Origin: Candidatus Poribacteria bacterium
GTDB taxonomy: Bacteria > Poribacteria > WGA-4E > PCPOR2b
Reading direction: 5' to 3'
Assembly: GCA_965198175.1 (NCBI GenBank)
Contig: OZ240245.1
Coordinates: forward strand, 1,376,001 to 1,440,000
Length of the DNA stretch: 64,000 bases
The notes beneath the pieces are model-generated. The model made no database searches. It had not been told where the DNA came from and worked only from the letters and a program-made list of their open reading frames with translations. Within the stretch, counting starts at the first letter, position 1. Each line of letters begins with the position of its first letter. Shown piece by piece: positions 62,240 through 64,000 of the stretch. Position numbers and translations under genes: made by a program.

Positions 62240-62491
62240 CTATCTCCGTTTGTTCGATCTCTCGATGGTTACAACGACTGCCGTATCCTTCCGGCGTTCG
62301 GCTTCCTGACAACTGATGAACCTGCCTGTTTTTGCATCGCGCCCGACCTTAATGGTAGTTACACCATGTTTCCGCCCCGCCTCTCCACCACCGTGCTTGC
62401 CAAAAACGACCTCTCGTACGGCTCGTTTCATTTCGCTTCTTTTGAGTTTTCCCTTTTTGGGAGGGTACTTGACGATTCTTGGTCTTGCCAC
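62240..62491 (-). CDS. Small basic protein with GRDAKTGRFI motif
   Basis: AGGAGGTG RBS before GTG; lies 25 nt after the upstream gene. Confidence 0.75.
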   Translation of the reverse strand: MARPRIVKYPPKKGKLKRSEMKRAVREVVFGKHGGGEAGRKHGVTTIKVGRDAKTGRFISCQEAERRKDTAVVVTIERSNKRR

Positions 62492-62516
62492 GGTAACCAC
62501 CTCCTTGAACTATGTT

Positions 62517-63146
62517 TCAATCAGTAGTCGGCTGAGTTATCAGCCATTCTGCAAGCATGAAAATATAATCATTAAAAATAAGCTCTTCAGCCTCCAATTG
62601 AAACTTTTGAGCTAGGTGAGGCAAATCCTCCGTAAACTCTTGGTAACGTCCCCAGATGATGCTTCCGCTTGGAATGTTCTTGCGTCTTGATGCACTGCGA
62701 AGCCAATTTCGTACGGCGGTTACAATATTTTCTGAATCGTTGTTATGAGCCTGAATGTCTTGCCCCGCAATATCCGAGATAAACTTTTGATACCGATACC
62801 GTTCTTTATCCAGTATGAGACAATTTTTCCTGTGTTGTTCCTTTAGCCCAAATTTCTTTGCGCCAAGAAAAACCCCCAATTCCAAAGGCATATTAAATCG
62901 AGGAAATCCTGAAGTTTCGTCTAATTCCGTTCGCGAAATGTCGTGAATCCCATAACGGCAATCCGCGATAATGTTATAGATTTTATCAATCCGAACTTGA
63001 CTGGCGTCTACTTCTTCGAGGGCACAACGGGCAATAAATCCGCAATCATGCACGGCGAACACCATTGCATCAAACAAAGGTTTATAGGGTACATCAATGG
63101 GACAATTGAGAAAAACATTGTCATTATAGCTTTTGGGTGAACTCAT
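62517..63146 (-). CDS. TIR/nucleoside-deoxyribosyltransferase-like protein
   Basis: VFLNCP...RIDKIYNII..CRYGIHDIS...RFNMPLELG...SDIAG pattern. Confidence 0.65.
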   Translation of the reverse strand: MSSPKSYNDNVFLNCPIDVPYKPLFDAMVFAVHDCGFIARCALEEVDASQVRIDKIYNIIADCRYGIHDISRTELDETSGFPRFNMPLELGVFLGAKKFGLKEQHRKNCLILDKERYRYQKFISDIAGQDIQAHNNDSENIVTAVRNWLRSASRRKNIPSGSIIWGRYQEFTEDLPHLAQKFQLEAEELIFNDYIFMLAEWLITQPTTD

Positions 63147-63276
63147 GATTTGGTAAGTCTGTTTGTTTGATGTCTTCAGCGCAATACGATAAGCATGATA
63201 TGCGGAATATTATGCCATATTATTGGGACATATATCAACGAAAACCAAGAACAACGGAAGCCAACGATCAGTTTTT

Positions 63277-64000
63277 GTAGGTTGGGTTGAGCGGTGATTA
63301 TGAAGTGTGCGAAGTCATTTGCAAGCGATTCGTTATGTTTGGATTGTTTGATATAAGGAAATGAGATAGCGTAACCCAACGTTTTTTGTTAATTGGGATG
63401 TGCGTCGTTGGACGGTTCCGGTTTCAGGATATGAAAAGAGTTGGGTTACGCTCTGCGCATTTTGTCAACCACACCGTTCGGCGATGGGAACGGTAATTGT
63501 CGTAGGACCGGTTTTGAGATTATCCGCTCAACCCAACCTACAAAGGCAACGAAAATTACAGTTTTTACAGTCTATAAAAAAAGGGGTAATTTTTGTAGGT
63601 TGGGTTGAGCGGTGATTATGAAATGTGCGAAGTCATTTGCAAGCGATTCGTTATGTTTGGATTGTTTGATATAAGGAAATGAGATAGCGTAACCCAACGT
63701 TTTTTGTTAATTGGGATGTGTGTCGTTGGACGGTTGCGGTTGCAGGATTATGAAAAGAGTTGGGTTACGCTCTGCGGATTTTGTCAACGACACCGTTCGG
63801 CGATCGGAACGGTAATTCCCGTAGGAACGGTTTTTGAGTTATCCGCTTAACCCAACCTACAAAGGCAACGAAAATTACAGTTTTTACAGTCTATAAAAAA
63901 AGGGGTAATTTTTGTAGGTTGGGTTGAGCGGTGATTATGAAATATGCGAAGTCATTTGTAAGCGATTCGTTATGTTTAGATTGATTGATATAAGGAAATG
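63277..64000. repeat. REP array: ~318-bp tandem units (starts 63277, 63595, 63914), continuing past the window
   Basis: Same outer arms and left insert as the 263-bp units, with a different right insert and linker. Confidence 0.95.

Noticed and set aside
61297..64000. CRISPR array
   Set aside because: Inter-repeat sequences are duplicated rather than unique, units are 260-320 bp with inverted arms, and no cas genes are present; REP/RAYT explains the pattern.

Overview
Bacterial chromosomal window of moderate GC. The gene content (three LamG proteins sharing a C-terminal 'AVxPxxKLxxTWxxLK' tail, a WD40 protein with an FlgD/T9SS-like tail, a DUF6785 membrane protein, paired HpcH aldolases, a PQQ-like propeller) suggests Candidatus Poribacteria or a relative; this is an inference, not a search result. 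Core-type genes include recQ, queF, hflKC, lipA, nfuA, dapL, mqnD, pduO, csp and dusB. Accessory zones: (i) 4.6-7.5 kb, small genes bordered by dif/Xer-like sites; (ii) 9-13.1 kb, a defence island (MTase-HNH, HsdR_N-Mrr, a decayed duplicate and an IS remnant); (iii) 53.8-64 kb, a RAYT transposase with large modular GTAG-REP arrays that bracket cargo genes, including a TIR/NDT-like two-gene module. Most notable: a hidden selenoprotein (UxxC redoxin with a clear SECIS hairpin), a CxxC/RAPP metal-sensing leader-peptide candidate, and a T9SS-like locus (type-B-like CTD protein + PorV/PorP-like barrel + large outer-membrane protein) with a candidate lineage-specific sorting motif. No tRNA, rRNA or CRISPR array was recognised.
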